Assembly (NCBI GenBank): GCA_017439845.1
Contig: JAFSIJ010000043.1
Span: 1 to 54,703 of the forward strand
DNA: 54,703 bases
DNA from: Clostridia bacterium
GTDB taxonomy: Bacteria > Bacillota > Clostridia > Oscillospirales > Acutalibacteraceae
Direction: 5' to 3'
In this document: positions 28,923-37,808 of the stretch, piece after piece
Layout: each line of letters opens with the position of its first letter
How positions within the stretch are numbered: the first letter of the stretch is position 1
Notes under the pieces: generated by a model
The model's database searches: none
Seen by the model: the letters and a program-made list of their open reading frames with translations, nothing else
Told to the model about the DNA's origin: nothing
Program-made: the position numbers and the translations under genes

Positions 28923-29972
28923 ATGGAAAAGGTTATGCTCGGAATGAGCGGTGGTGTTGATTCATCAGTTGCGGCGCTTGTTCTCAAGGAACAGGGCTAT
29001 GAAGTTTTAGGGGCAACCCTTAAATTGCATCCTTTTTCGGCGGAACCCGAGCGCGATATAAATGATGCAAAGGCAGTTTGCGAAAGAATGGAAATCGAGC
29101 ATAAAGCCTTTGACTTGAGCGAGCAGTTTAAAAAATATGTAACCGATAATTTTATAAACGAATATATCTCGGGCGGCACACCCAACCCTTGTATCGAATG
29201 TAATAAATATATTAAATTCGGTGAAATGCTAAATATTGCCGCCGATAACGGATGTGAAAAAATCGCAACGGGGCATTATGCGAGAATTGTTGAAGAAAAC
29301 GGTCGGTTCTTGCTTTATAAAGCAAAGGATACCTCGAAGGACCAATCCTATGTTCTTTATATGCTAACGCAAAATGCACTTTCGAAAACGCTGTTTCCAC
29401 TTGGTGAATTAACCAAGGAACAGGCAAGGCAAATGGCGGAGGAAAACGGTTTTGTTAATGCAAACAAAAAGGATTCGCAGGATATTTGCTTTGTGCCCGA
29501 TGGGGACTATGCTTCGTTTATTGAAAACAACTCTTCCTTTAAATCTGAAAAGGGAAGATATATCGATATTGCGGGCAACTATCTCGGTGAGCATAGGGGA
29601 ATTATTAACTATACGATAGGTCAGAGAAAGGGACTTGGAATAGCGCTTGGCAAACACGCCTTTGTTATAAGCAAGGATGCAAAATCAAATGAGGTAACCT
29701 TGGGTGATGAAGAATTTCTTTTTTATGATAAGGTTATAGTGGATGATGTTAACTTTATACCTTTTGATAAGCTCGAAAAGGAGATGCGAGTTTTAGCTAA
29801 GCTTCGCTATCGCCAAAAGGAGCAACCCGCCACCATAAAACCGCTATCCGAAAAAAGAGTTCTTGTTGAGTTTGATGAGCCGCAAAGGGCTCCAAGCAAG
29901 GGGCAGTCGGCGGTGTTCTATGTCGGCGATATGGTTATAGGCGGCGGAAAAATTTCGTGGGGTGAAAAATAA
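28923..29972 (+). CDS. mnmA: tRNA 2-thiouridine(34) synthase MnmA
   Basis: PP-loop SGGVDSS, catalytic Cys context NPCIECN, ATGHYAR. Confidence 0.9.
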   Translation: MEKVMLGMSGGVDSSVAALVLKEQGYEVLGATLKLHPFSAEPERDINDAKAVCERMEIEHKAFDLSEQFKKYVTDNFINEYISGGTPNPCIECNKYIKFGEMLNIAADNGCEKIATGHYARIVEENGRFLLYKAKDTSKDQSYVLYMLTQNALSKTLFPLGELTKEQARQMAEENGFVNANKKDSQDICFVPDGDYASFIENNSSFKSEKGRYIDIAGNYLGEHRGIINYTIGQRKGLGIALGKHAFVISKDAKSNEVTLGDEEFLFYDKVIVDDVNFIPFDKLEKEMRVLAKLRYRQKEQPATIKPLSEKRVLVEFDEPQRAPSKGQSAVFYVGDMVIGGGKISWGEK

Positions 29973-30625
29973 TGGATGGAAGAATAGAAAAGGTAATCGG
30001 CGCATTAAAGGCGAATAATATTGATGCAGTATATGCGAAGGATAAGGAAGAAATAAAGCAAATCGTTAAAGGTATGCTTTTTAAGGATTGCGTTATAACC
30101 GCAGGCGGCTCAATGTCGGTTATTGAAAGCGGTGTTTGGGATATAATTTCAAGCGGCGAATATCAGTTTTTCAATAGGTCGGCGATTGGTATTACCGAGG
30201 AAGAAAAGCAAAATGCATTCAGGCAGGCGATAGGCTGTGACTTCTTCTTTTGCTCGGCTAATGCAGTCACCGAAAAGGGCGAGCTTGTTAATGTTGATGG
30301 CTTTTCAAACCGCGTTGCTTCAATCGTTTTCGGACCGAAAAAGGTTGTTATGATTGTTGGCAAAAATAAAATTGTTAAGGATGCGAATGAAGGGCTTTTG
30401 CGCGTTAAGAAAATCGCCGCTCCAAAAAATACCGTTAGATTAGGACTTGATACCCCTTGCGCAAAGCTCGGCCACTGCGTATCGCTCCTTAAAAATGATA
30501 ATCCCGATTTCACCGATGGCTGCAAATCGGAAAATCGAATTTGCATAAGCTATGTGATAAATGCATTCCAAAGAATAAAGAATAGAATAACTGTTATCAT
30601 TTGTGAGGATGAATTAGGTTATTAA
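29972..30625 (+). CDS. LUD-domain (YkgG/LutC-like) lactate-utilisation-family protein
   Basis: 217 aa. The pattern ...NAVTEKGELVNVDGFSNRVASIVFGPKKVVMIVGKNKIV is typical of the family. Start overlaps the mnmA stop. Confidence 0.65.
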   Translation: MDGRIEKVIGALKANNIDAVYAKDKEEIKQIVKGMLFKDCVITAGGSMSVIESGVWDIISSGEYQFFNRSAIGITEEEKQNAFRQAIGCDFFFCSANAVTEKGELVNVDGFSNRVASIVFGPKKVVMIVGKNKIVKDANEGLLRVKKIAAPKNTVRLGLDTPCAKLGHCVSLLKNDNPDFTDGCKSENRICISYVINAFQRIKNRITVIICEDELGY

Positions 30626-30655
30626 AAATATTAAAATGGCATATCCTTTTATAGA

Positions 30656-31894
30656 ATGAAACGAAGGGATGTGCCTTTTTTGAAAAAAGCGATATGTTTT
30701 TTGTTAAGTATTACTTTGCTTTGCAGCTTTATGTTAAATGCAAGTGCCGAAAAAAGAATAGCGAGTGAATGTGATATCTCGGATATTGATGAGCCGATTG
30801 TTGCGGTTTCGGGTGATGTAACCGCAGGCAAAAGGCTTGATATCAAAGCAAAATCGGCAATTTTGATGGAGGTCAACACAGGCAGAATTCTCTATGAGGA
30901 TAATGCCGATGAAAAGCTGCCGCCTGCATCAATAACTAAAATTATGTCACTATTACTCGTTATGGAAGCGATAGATGAGGGAAGATTTGACCTTGAAACA
31001 GTTATAAGCGCAAGTGAACACGCTTGCAGTATGGGTGGCTCTCAAATATGGCTTGAGCCGAATGAAAGTATGGAGGTTAACGACCTGCTGAAAGCCGCAG
31101 TGATAGCATCGGCTAATGATGCAACAGTGGCTCTCGGCGAAGCGGTTTCGGGCAGTGAAGAGGGCTTTGTTGAAAAAATGAATGAGAAAGCAAAGCTTCT
31201 CGGTATGAATAACACCACCTTTATTAACTGCACAGGGCTTGATGCTGAAAATCACCTTACAAGCGCCCACGATGTTGCAATTATGTCGTGCGAGCTCATA
31301 AAACACGACCTTATAAAAAATTATTCAACCGTCTGGATGGATACCTTGCGCGATGGTGAAAGCGAGCTTGTTAACACAAATAAGCTTGTCAGATTTTATG
31401 AGGGAACAACAGGTCTTAAAACGGGAACAACAGGCAATGCCGGTTATTGTCTTTCAGCAACCGCCGAGAAAAACGGAATGGAGCTTGCCGCAGTTATTAT
31501 GGGCGGAGAAACAAGCAATGATAGGTTTGCAGGGGCTAAAAAGCTGCTCGACTATGGTTTTGCAAATTTCGAGTTTAAAAAGGTTGGCACCGATATAGAA
31601 GCAGGAATGAATATGACGGTTAAAAAGGGTGCTGAAAGCGGAGTTGAAATTGATACAACTGCAACCCTTGATTTATTACTTGATAGAGGCAAGGTCGGAG
31701 AAATAACGCGAAAAACCGTTTTGAATGAGAATGTAACCGCACCTGTAAAGCGAGGCGATGTTCTCGGAAATGTCGAGGTGTATATCGGCAAAGAGCGAGC
31801 GGGGGTTATACCGCTGAGGGCTAAAACCGATGTCGATAAAAGAAACTTTTTAACAACTTTTGCCTGGATTTTAAAAAGTTTGTTCCTACTTTGA
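30656..31894 (+). CDS. D-alanyl-D-alanine carboxypeptidase (PBP5/DacB-type, peptidase S11)
   Basis: Signal peptide. SXXK (SITK), SXN (SAN) and KTG (KTGTT) motifs. C-terminal PBP5 domain and hydrophobic tail. Alternative TTG start at 30680. Confidence 0.85.
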   Translation: MKRRDVPFLKKAICFLLSITLLCSFMLNASAEKRIASECDISDIDEPIVAVSGDVTAGKRLDIKAKSAILMEVNTGRILYEDNADEKLPPASITKIMSLLLVMEAIDEGRFDLETVISASEHACSMGGSQIWLEPNESMEVNDLLKAAVIASANDATVALGEAVSGSEEGFVEKMNEKAKLLGMNNTTFINCTGLDAENHLTSAHDVAIMSCELIKHDLIKNYSTVWMDTLRDGESELVNTNKLVRFYEGTTGLKTGTTGNAGYCLSATAEKNGMELAAVIMGGETSNDRFAGAKKLLDYGFANFEFKKVGTDIEAGMNMTVKKGAESGVEIDTTATLDLLLDRGKVGEITRKTVLNENVTAPVKRGDVLGNVEVYIGKERAGVIPLRAKTDVDKRNFLTTFAWILKSLFLL

Positions 31895-31987
31895 AAACTT
31901 TTAATGAATATTTATAAAATTGCTTGCAAAAGTGAGCAATATAATGTAAAATAAAACTAAAGAAAGAAAAACCTCAGGGGTGTTCAA

Positions 31988-33328
31988 ATGGCAATCAATT
32001 TTAATTATTCCTTTGCTAAAGATTTTGTAAGGGAAAATGACCTTAAAGGACTTGAAACACAAGTTGCGGCAGCTCATAAGATTATAAACGATAAGAGCGG
32101 CCTTGGAAATGATTTTCTCGGTTGGGTAAATCTTCCAACAGACTATGATAAAGAGGAATTTGCTCGCATCAAAGCAGCAGCTAAAAGAATTAAAGAGGAT
32201 ACCGATATCCTCATCGTTATCGGTATCGGCGGTTCCTATCTCGGCGCTCGCGCAGCAATCGAGTTTTTAAAGGGGCCTTATTATAATCAGCTTCGCGGCG
32301 ATTTGCCCGAGGTTTATTTCGCGGGAAACAGTATAAGCGGCTCATACCTTGCTGATTTAATCAAAATGTGCGAGGGTAAGAGAGTATCCGTTAATATTAT
32401 TTCAAAATCAGGAACAACAACCGAGCCTGCAGTGGCTTTCCGTGTTTTCCGCAAAATGCTTGAAGAAAAATATGGTGAAGAGGGCGCCGCAAAGCGTATC
32501 TATTGCACCACAGATAAAGCAAGGGGAACACTTAAAAAGCTCGCTGATGAAAAGGGATACGAGTGCTTTGTTATTCCGGATGATGTTGGCGGAAGATTTT
32601 CAGTGCTCACAGCGGTTGGCCTTTTGCCAATTGCAGTAGCAGGTGCCGATATCGATGCTCTTATGCTTGGCGCAGCTAAGGCAAGTGAAGATTATAACGA
32701 GCCCGATATGTATAAGAACGATTGTTATACCTATGCGGCTCTTCGTAATGCATTCTATCGTAAGGGTAAATCAATTGAATTGCTCGTAAGCTACGAGCCG
32801 AGATTCACCATGATGGCTGAATGGTTTAAGCAACTCTTTGGCGAGAGTGAGGGTAAGGATAATAAGGGCCTTTTCCCTGCATCCGTAACCTTCTCAACCG
32901 ACCTTCATTCAATGGGTCAATATGTTCAGGATGGCGCTCGCTTAATGTTCGAAACTGTTGTTACCTTTGGTGAAAGCGATAGCGATGTTGTTATTGAAAA
33001 GGAAGAGGATGATGGCGATGGTCTTAACTTCCTCGCAGGCAAAACAATGTCCTTTGTTAACAGTAAGGCATTTGAGGGAACAGTTCTTGCCCATACCGAT
33101 GGCGGCGTTCCCAACTTTGTTATAAATGTTGATAAGGCGGATGAGGAAAACCTCGGCAGACTTATCTATTTCTTCGAAAAGGCTTGTGCGGTTTCAGGTT
33201 ATATGTTGGGCGTTAACCCCTTTGACCAACCCGGTGTTGAGAGCTATAAGAAGAATATGTTTGCTCTTCTCGGCAAACCCGGTTTTGAAGCGCAAAAAGC
33301 TGAGCTCGAAGCAAGACTCGGCAAATAA
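31988..33328 (+). CDS. pgi: Glucose-6-phosphate isomerase
   Basis: 446 aa Firmicutes-type PGI. Motifs [26 protein letters not shown]. Confidence 0.9.
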   Translation: MAINFNYSFAKDFVRENDLKGLETQVAAAHKIINDKSGLGNDFLGWVNLPTDYDKEEFARIKAAAKRIKEDTDILIVIGIGGSYLGARAAIEFLKGPYYNQLRGDLPEVYFAGNSISGSYLADLIKMCEGKRVSVNIISKSGTTTEPAVAFRVFRKMLEEKYGEEGAAKRIYCTTDKARGTLKKLADEKGYECFVIPDDVGGRFSVLTAVGLLPIAVAGADIDALMLGAAKASEDYNEPDMYKNDCYTYAALRNAFYRKGKSIELLVSYEPRFTMMAEWFKQLFGESEGKDNKGLFPASVTFSTDLHSMGQYVQDGARLMFETVVTFGESDSDVVIEKEEDDGDGLNFLAGKTMSFVNSKAFEGTVLAHTDGGVPNFVINVDKADEENLGRLIYFFEKACAVSGYMLGVNPFDQPGVESYKKNMFALLGKPGFEAQKAELEARLGK

Positions 33329-33376
33329 AAAAGGAAATAACCGCTTTGGCGGTAAATATAAAAGGAGTTGGTATAA

Positions 33377-33784
33377 ATGATTAAAATCATAATCGGAAGA
33401 AAAGGTTCGGGTAAAACCAAGAAATTAGTCGATTTGGTAAACGAGGCTACAAGCAAAAGCTTAGGTAACGTTGTTTGCATCGAGAAAGGTGATACTTTAA
33501 CCTATTCCGTTACTCATAAGGCAAGACTTATAGATGCTGATGCTTATGGCATCTCGGGCTATGGCGAATATTACGGTATGCTTTCTGGCATCAAGGCAGG
33601 CAATCACGATATAACTCATATCTTTGGCGATGCAACTCTCCGTATCGGTACCAGAGATTATGATGAATTGGTTGCATTCCTTGCAAGACTCTCTAAGATA
33701 GAAGATGTTGATTTCCTCTTTACAGTTTCGGCTGATAAGGAAGAATTACCTAAGAAGCTCTTCGATATCGCAGAGGTTTGCTAA
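33377..33784 (+). CDS. Small P-loop protein of unknown function
   Basis: 135 aa with an N-terminal Walker A (GRKGSGKT). I recognise no further domain. Confidence 0.45.
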   Translation: MIKIIIGRKGSGKTKKLVDLVNEATSKSLGNVVCIEKGDTLTYSVTHKARLIDADAYGISGYGEYYGMLSGIKAGNHDITHIFGDATLRIGTRDYDELVAFLARLSKIEDVDFLFTVSADKEELPKKLFDIAEVC

Positions 33785-33800
33785 TTAAAGATTTTAAAAA

Positions 33801-33836
33801 ACGCATTTCAGGCGAAAGCCTTGAAATGCGTTTTTA
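33801..33836 (+). terminator. Rho-independent terminator
   Basis: ACGCATTTCA(G)GC-GAAA-GC(CT)TGAAATGCGT hairpin followed by TTTTT. Confidence 0.8.
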
Positions 33837-33922
33837 TATTTTTGCCTTTAATAAAAATATTGTAAAATTTCAAGTTATATGATATAATACCCGATAGTAA
33901 TATTTATTACGGAGGAATTTTA

Positions 33923-34783
33923 ATGAACGGAAATATAGTTATCACGAGTGACAGTACAACGGATTTAAGCGCCGCTTTAAAGGAAAGATATGGCGTTATA
34001 ACACTTCCACTCGGTATAAATTTAGGTGATAAAACCTATCTTGATGGTATTGATATAACTCCCGATTTTATCTATGAGCACCACAGCAAAACAGGTGAGC
34101 TTCCAAAAACAAGCGCCGCAAATCTCGGCGAGTCACTTGATTTTTTCAAGCAGTTCACCGATGAGGGCAAAAAGGTTATTCATTTCACTATCAGCTCCGA
34201 AATGTCTTCTACATATAGAAACGCTTGCCTTGCGGCAGAAGAGCTTGAAGGTGTCCGCGTTATTGATACTAAAAATCTTTCAACAGGTGGCGGTCTTCTT
34301 GTTGTAGCCGCTGCTGAGCTTCGTGATGCAGGAAAATCTTTTGATGAAATTGTGAGCGAGGTTGAAGCGTTAGTTCCTTGTGTTGATGCTTCGTTTGTTA
34401 TTGATAGTCTTGAGTATCTCCATAAGGGCGGCAGATGTTCCGCTCTTGCTATGCTCGGTGCAAATCTTTTAAAATTAAAGCCCTGTATTGAGGTTAAAAA
34501 TGGCTCTATGGGCGTTGGTAAAAAATATCGCGGTAAGTATGATGAGGTTTTAAAGCAGTATGTTAAGGAGCGCATCGGCGATGCATCTGATATAGTGCTT
34601 GACCGAGTTTTCGTAACCCACGCAGGTTGTGATGAAAAGGTTGTTAACGATATCGTTGATATTGTTAAGAAATCAGCCCCGTTTGGTGAGGTGTTCTTAA
34701 CAAGAGCAGGCTGCACCATCTCTTCACACTGCGGTGCTAACACCTTAGGCGTTCTCTTTATAAGAAAGTCACCTATCGAATAA
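33923..34783 (+). CDS. DegV-family fatty-acid-binding protein (second, divergent paralog)
   Basis: 286 aa. Motifs PKTSAAN, SSEMSSTY, LEYLHKGGRCS. Confidence 0.85.
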   Translation: MNGNIVITSDSTTDLSAALKERYGVITLPLGINLGDKTYLDGIDITPDFIYEHHSKTGELPKTSAANLGESLDFFKQFTDEGKKVIHFTISSEMSSTYRNACLAAEELEGVRVIDTKNLSTGGGLLVVAAAELRDAGKSFDEIVSEVEALVPCVDASFVIDSLEYLHKGGRCSALAMLGANLLKLKPCIEVKNGSMGVGKKYRGKYDEVLKQYVKERIGDASDIVLDRVFVTHAGCDEKVVNDIVDIVKKSAPFGEVFLTRAGCTISSHCGANTLGVLFIRKSPIE

Positions 34784-34784
34784 G

Positions 34785-35061
34785 TAGGGTGACAAGAGTC
34801 GAATCGGTTGCGATTTCGCTTGCCACCTTTTACTGCCTTTCTTGCGTTTATTTTTGTAAGGCGACAGCCTTACTGCAAATTTCACGCTGCGCCTTTCAAA
34901 AAAGGTGGCAGGTAGAAATTCTTCGACCTGCCAAATAAATAATTTTTTGGTAGAGCGAAGACGAGGAATGCAGTAATACTGACGTATTACAAATGACGAG
35001 GCAAGAAAAAACTAAAAATTATTATTTGTCAGGCGTGACAGATTCAACTTTTGTCACCCTA
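34785..35061 (-). repeat. 273-bp terminal-inverted-repeat element, copy B (34787-35059 plus flanking TA), inverted relative to copy A
   Basis: The reverse complement aligns end to end with 10617-10889, with about 28 differences by hand alignment. Same length and same GGGTGAC...GTCACCC termini. Confidence 0.8.
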
Positions 35062-35116
35062 AGCATATTATGAGATAGGGGAGAAAGTGCTTTCGTATAA
35101 CCCCTTTAATATATAA

Positions 35117-35153
35117 AGCCCTTGCGGAAATATCCGCGAGGGCTGTTTCTTTT
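35117..35153 (+). terminator. Rho-independent terminator (probably the original degV terminator)
   Basis: AGCCCTTGCGG-AAATAT-CCGCGAGGGCT followed by GTTTCTTTT. Confidence 0.75.
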
Positions 35154-35195
35154 AAAATAGTTATGGACTTATCAAAAGAATCGTGATATAATAAG

Positions 35196-36101
35196 ATGAA
35201 TTATAATGTAAAGGTGGGCGAGAAAGTGCAAACTATATGTGTTGCCGATGTGGTTATAAATATTGACAGTGCGGATAAGGAGTACTTTACCCGCCGTTAT
35301 AAAGAGTATGAGGTAGAGTATACCGATAATCCTGATATGTGGATAAAAACGGAGTGTATCGAGAAAATTGATGAGCCAAAGGGCGAGCTTATTGAGAATA
35401 TAAGAACCTCATATATCGTAAAAACCGAAGATGGCTTCCTTTGCCGATATGCAAAATCTTCAAAAACAGGTAAGATTGCGTATGCTATTTATTACAATGA
35501 AGATTATAGCAATGTAAAGATAGTTATGGAAAAGGGCTTTATTTTCCAAAAGCTCAATAATAGAGAATGGGAATACCTGTATACAGGGTTTATGTTTGCG
35601 AATAGGCTCACAAACCTTGGAGGTACCGTTCTTCATAGCTCGGGTATGGCTTATAAGGATATAGGAATTGTCTTTTCGGCAGACCCCGGAACAGGAAAAT
35701 CAACCCATGTTTCGCTTTGGAAAGAGCGCTTCCAGAATGATGTTGAAATAGTTAACGATGATAAGCCTGCTCTTAGAATAATTGATGATAAGTTTTATAT
35801 GTTCGGCACACCTTGGAGCGGAAAAACCGAGCTTAATATAAACACAAAAAAAGAATTAAAAGCTATATTTTTTATTGAACGCGATACTGAAAATAAGGTT
35901 GAGCGAATGAGCGTTGCAGATAGCGTTTTAAACCTTTCCCGCCAGCTTCCAAATCCATTTTATGATAAAAATGTAGGCATAAAAACAGTAAAGCTTATTG
36001 AAAAATTATATGCTTTAAATGTGCCTATTTATAGGCTTCGCTGCAGTATCAGTCAGGATGCTGTAACAGCAGTATATAACGAAGTAATAGGAGAAAAGTG
36101 A
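35196..36101 (+). CDS. HPr-kinase-C-domain-like P-loop protein (HprK-related kinase of peptide-modification clusters)
   Basis: GGTVLHSSGMAYKDIGIVFSADPGTGKSTHVSLW resembles the HprK C-terminal Walker A region. Followed by a PqqD gene. An extended -10 (TGaTATAAT, 35184-35192) lies only 3 nt before ATG 35196, so GTG 35226 (after AAAGGTGGG) may be the true start. Confidence 0.6.
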   Translation: MNYNVKVGEKVQTICVADVVINIDSADKEYFTRRYKEYEVEYTDNPDMWIKTECIEKIDEPKGELIENIRTSYIVKTEDGFLCRYAKSSKTGKIAYAIYYNEDYSNVKIVMEKGFIFQKLNNREWEYLYTGFMFANRLTNLGGTVLHSSGMAYKDIGIVFSADPGTGKSTHVSLWKERFQNDVEIVNDDKPALRIIDDKFYMFGTPWSGKTELNINTKKELKAIFFIERDTENKVERMSVADSVLNLSRQLPNPFYDKNVGIKTVKLIEKLYALNVPIYRLRCSISQDAVTAVYNEVIGEK

Positions 36102-36364
36102 TGAAAATTAAAGAAGGTTTTATCAAAAGTAATTTAGGGGATGAATGTGTTGTTGTGCCTGTTGGTGCGCAAACTGTTGATTTTCGCGGACTTATCACCC
36201 TTAATGAAACAGGCGAGTTTATATGGGAAATTTTGCAAAACGAAAGTGAGATTTCTGATATAGTGAGTGCGATGACAAAGGAATATGATATTGATGAAGC
36301 AACCGCAAAGGCGGATGCCGAAGAATTTGTTAAAATACTTAGCGAAAAGGGATTTCTTGAATAA
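36098..36364 (+). CDS. PqqD-family protein (RiPP recognition element-like)
   Basis: 88 aa. The size and pattern (...VVVPVG...LNETGEFIWEIL...EEFVKILSEKGFLE) are typical of PqqD/RRE proteins. Four-nt overlap with the upstream gene. Confidence 0.7.
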   Translation: MMKIKEGFIKSNLGDECVVVPVGAQTVDFRGLITLNETGEFIWEILQNESEISDIVSAMTKEYDIDEATAKADAEEFVKILSEKGFLE

Positions 36365-36366
36365 AA

Positions 36367-36870
36367 ATGATTAAGACAGTTAATATGTCTATGCAGGATC
36401 TTTCTCCCCTTATTTCAAGCTGTGTTGAATCGGGCAAGGAGGTTGTTCTCACCGTTACAGGTAACAGTATGCGCCCCTTTATCAAGGATAAGCGAGATCA
36501 GGTTATTCTCATAAAGGCAGATAAAGAAAATCTTCAAGTGAACGATGTTCCGCTTTATAGGAGAAGAAACGGAAAGTATGTTTTGCATAGACTCGTTAAA
36601 ATAGAAAACGGGAAATATACAATGCTCGGTGATGCTCAGGTAAGGCTTGAACCGGGTATAGAGCCCGACCAAATTGTAGCAATAGCAAAGGGCTTTATCC
36701 GCAAGGGAAAAACATATCCTTGTGATTCGAAAGAATATAAAAGATATGTTAGCTTTTGGAATAAAATGATGCCGTTAAGAAAATTTTATTTTCTTTTAAA
36801 GCGTGCGCCAAAAGCGGTTTTAATAAGAATAAAAAGGTTAGCTAAAAAAATCCTGTCACTCTTTAAATAG
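36367..36870 (+). CDS. S24/S26-family serine peptidase-like protein with a basic C-terminal helix
   Basis: GNSMRP nucleophile motif and a downstream HRLVK lysine context, consistent with a Ser-Lys dyad. Confidence 0.65.
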   Translation: MIKTVNMSMQDLSPLISSCVESGKEVVLTVTGNSMRPFIKDKRDQVILIKADKENLQVNDVPLYRRRNGKYVLHRLVKIENGKYTMLGDAQVRLEPGIEPDQIVAIAKGFIRKGKTYPCDSKEYKRYVSFWNKMMPLRKFYFLLKRAPKAVLIRIKRLAKKILSLFK

Positions 36871-36886
36871 AGGGCAGGATTTTTTA
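36845..36886 (+). terminator. Rho-independent terminator (imperfect stem)
   Basis: AAAAATCCTGTCACTCT...AGAGGGCAGGATTTTTT overlaps the stop codon. Confidence 0.6.
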
Positions 36887-36957
36887 AATATTTATGTTGA
36901 AAAAAGGGATATATTTTGGTATTATAAAGTGGTAAAAGGAAAGGTAGGTTTTTTTCT

Positions 36958-37704
36958 ATGATTATAGATATACACGCCCATTGCGGAGTGGTTGAAAATG
37001 GCCATAAAATGCCTATAGAAAATCAGCTTTACGGTATGGAGAAATATGGTATAGATTATGCTATTATTTCTAATGTGGAATGTGGAGAATGCCATGATTG
37101 TATAGAGGGTAATAAAAGGGCGCTCGAAATAGTGAAACAGTATAGAGATAAATTCTCTTGTATGCTATGGGCAACCGAGGATTTAACCGAGGATGAAAAG
37201 AACCAATTTGAAGAATTATATCTTCAAAATAAAGAATTGATAAAGGGGTTGAAGGTTCACCCTGATATATCCAAAACAGCAGCGGACGACCCTTGCTTTG
37301 ATTATGTTTACAGAATGGCTGAAAAGTATGATTTACCCGTTTTACTTCATACTAATAACACCGAGTTCTCAAGTATAGAAAAAAGTGTGAACGCGGCTAA
37401 AAAATATCCAAAAGCGAGATTTATTTTAGGCCATATGGATATTTCCTCGGATGATTGCATCGAGGCGCTAAATGCAGTTCGAGATTATGATAATATTTAT
37501 GGCGATACCTGTTGGATATGGCTTGATGCCGTGAAAAAAGCAAATGAGATGGGTATTATTCATAAAATGATGTTTGGCACAGATAGTCCGATTTCGGGCA
37601 AAGATACATATATGGATGTTTACTACAAGGATTATTATACCTTTGATGCTGATTATATGCACGATGTTATGTGCGAAAATGCTCGGAAATTCTTCAAATT
37701 TTGA
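36958..37704 (+). CDS. Amidohydrolase-2/TIM-barrel metal-dependent hydrolase
   Basis: N-terminal IDIHAHCG, internal HPD and HT motifs, C-terminal FGTDSP. Preceded by TTGAAA-17-TATTAT (36897-36925). Confidence 0.7.
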   Translation: MIIDIHAHCGVVENGHKMPIENQLYGMEKYGIDYAIISNVECGECHDCIEGNKRALEIVKQYRDKFSCMLWATEDLTEDEKNQFEELYLQNKELIKGLKVHPDISKTAADDPCFDYVYRMAEKYDLPVLLHTNNTEFSSIEKSVNAAKKYPKARFILGHMDISSDDCIEALNAVRDYDNIYGDTCWIWLDAVKKANEMGIIHKMMFGTDSPISGKDTYMDVYYKDYYTFDADYMHDVMCENARKFFKF

Positions 37705-37756
37705 GAAAATTTTTGGAAAGATGAAAAATTAACAAAATAAGCATTGTTTTTAAAGT

Positions 37757-37779
37757 CAATATTATATATAATAATATTG
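37757..37779. promoter_or_regulatory. Perfect 9-5-9 palindrome overlapping a putative promoter of the GH95 gene
   Basis: CAATATTAT-ATATA-ATAATATTG. The candidate -35 TTGTTT (37745-37750) and -10 TATAAT (37767-37772) overlap it. Confidence 0.4.
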
Positions 37780-37808
37780 GATTACGTTTACCATCGGCGG
37801 TGTGGATT

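Noticed and set aside
34180-34743. 187-aa minus-strand ORF.
   Set aside because: It is antisense to the DegV paralog, which carries the family motifs. The antisense product is a Ser/Thr/Pro-rich low-complexity translation.
36894-36935. 13-codon mini-ORF (MLKKGIYFGIIKW) downstream of the S24 peptidase gene, considered as a possible RiPP precursor.
   Set aside because: It has no ribosome-binding site. It lies after the cassette terminator and coincides with the TTGAAA-17-TATTAT promoter of the amidohydrolase gene.
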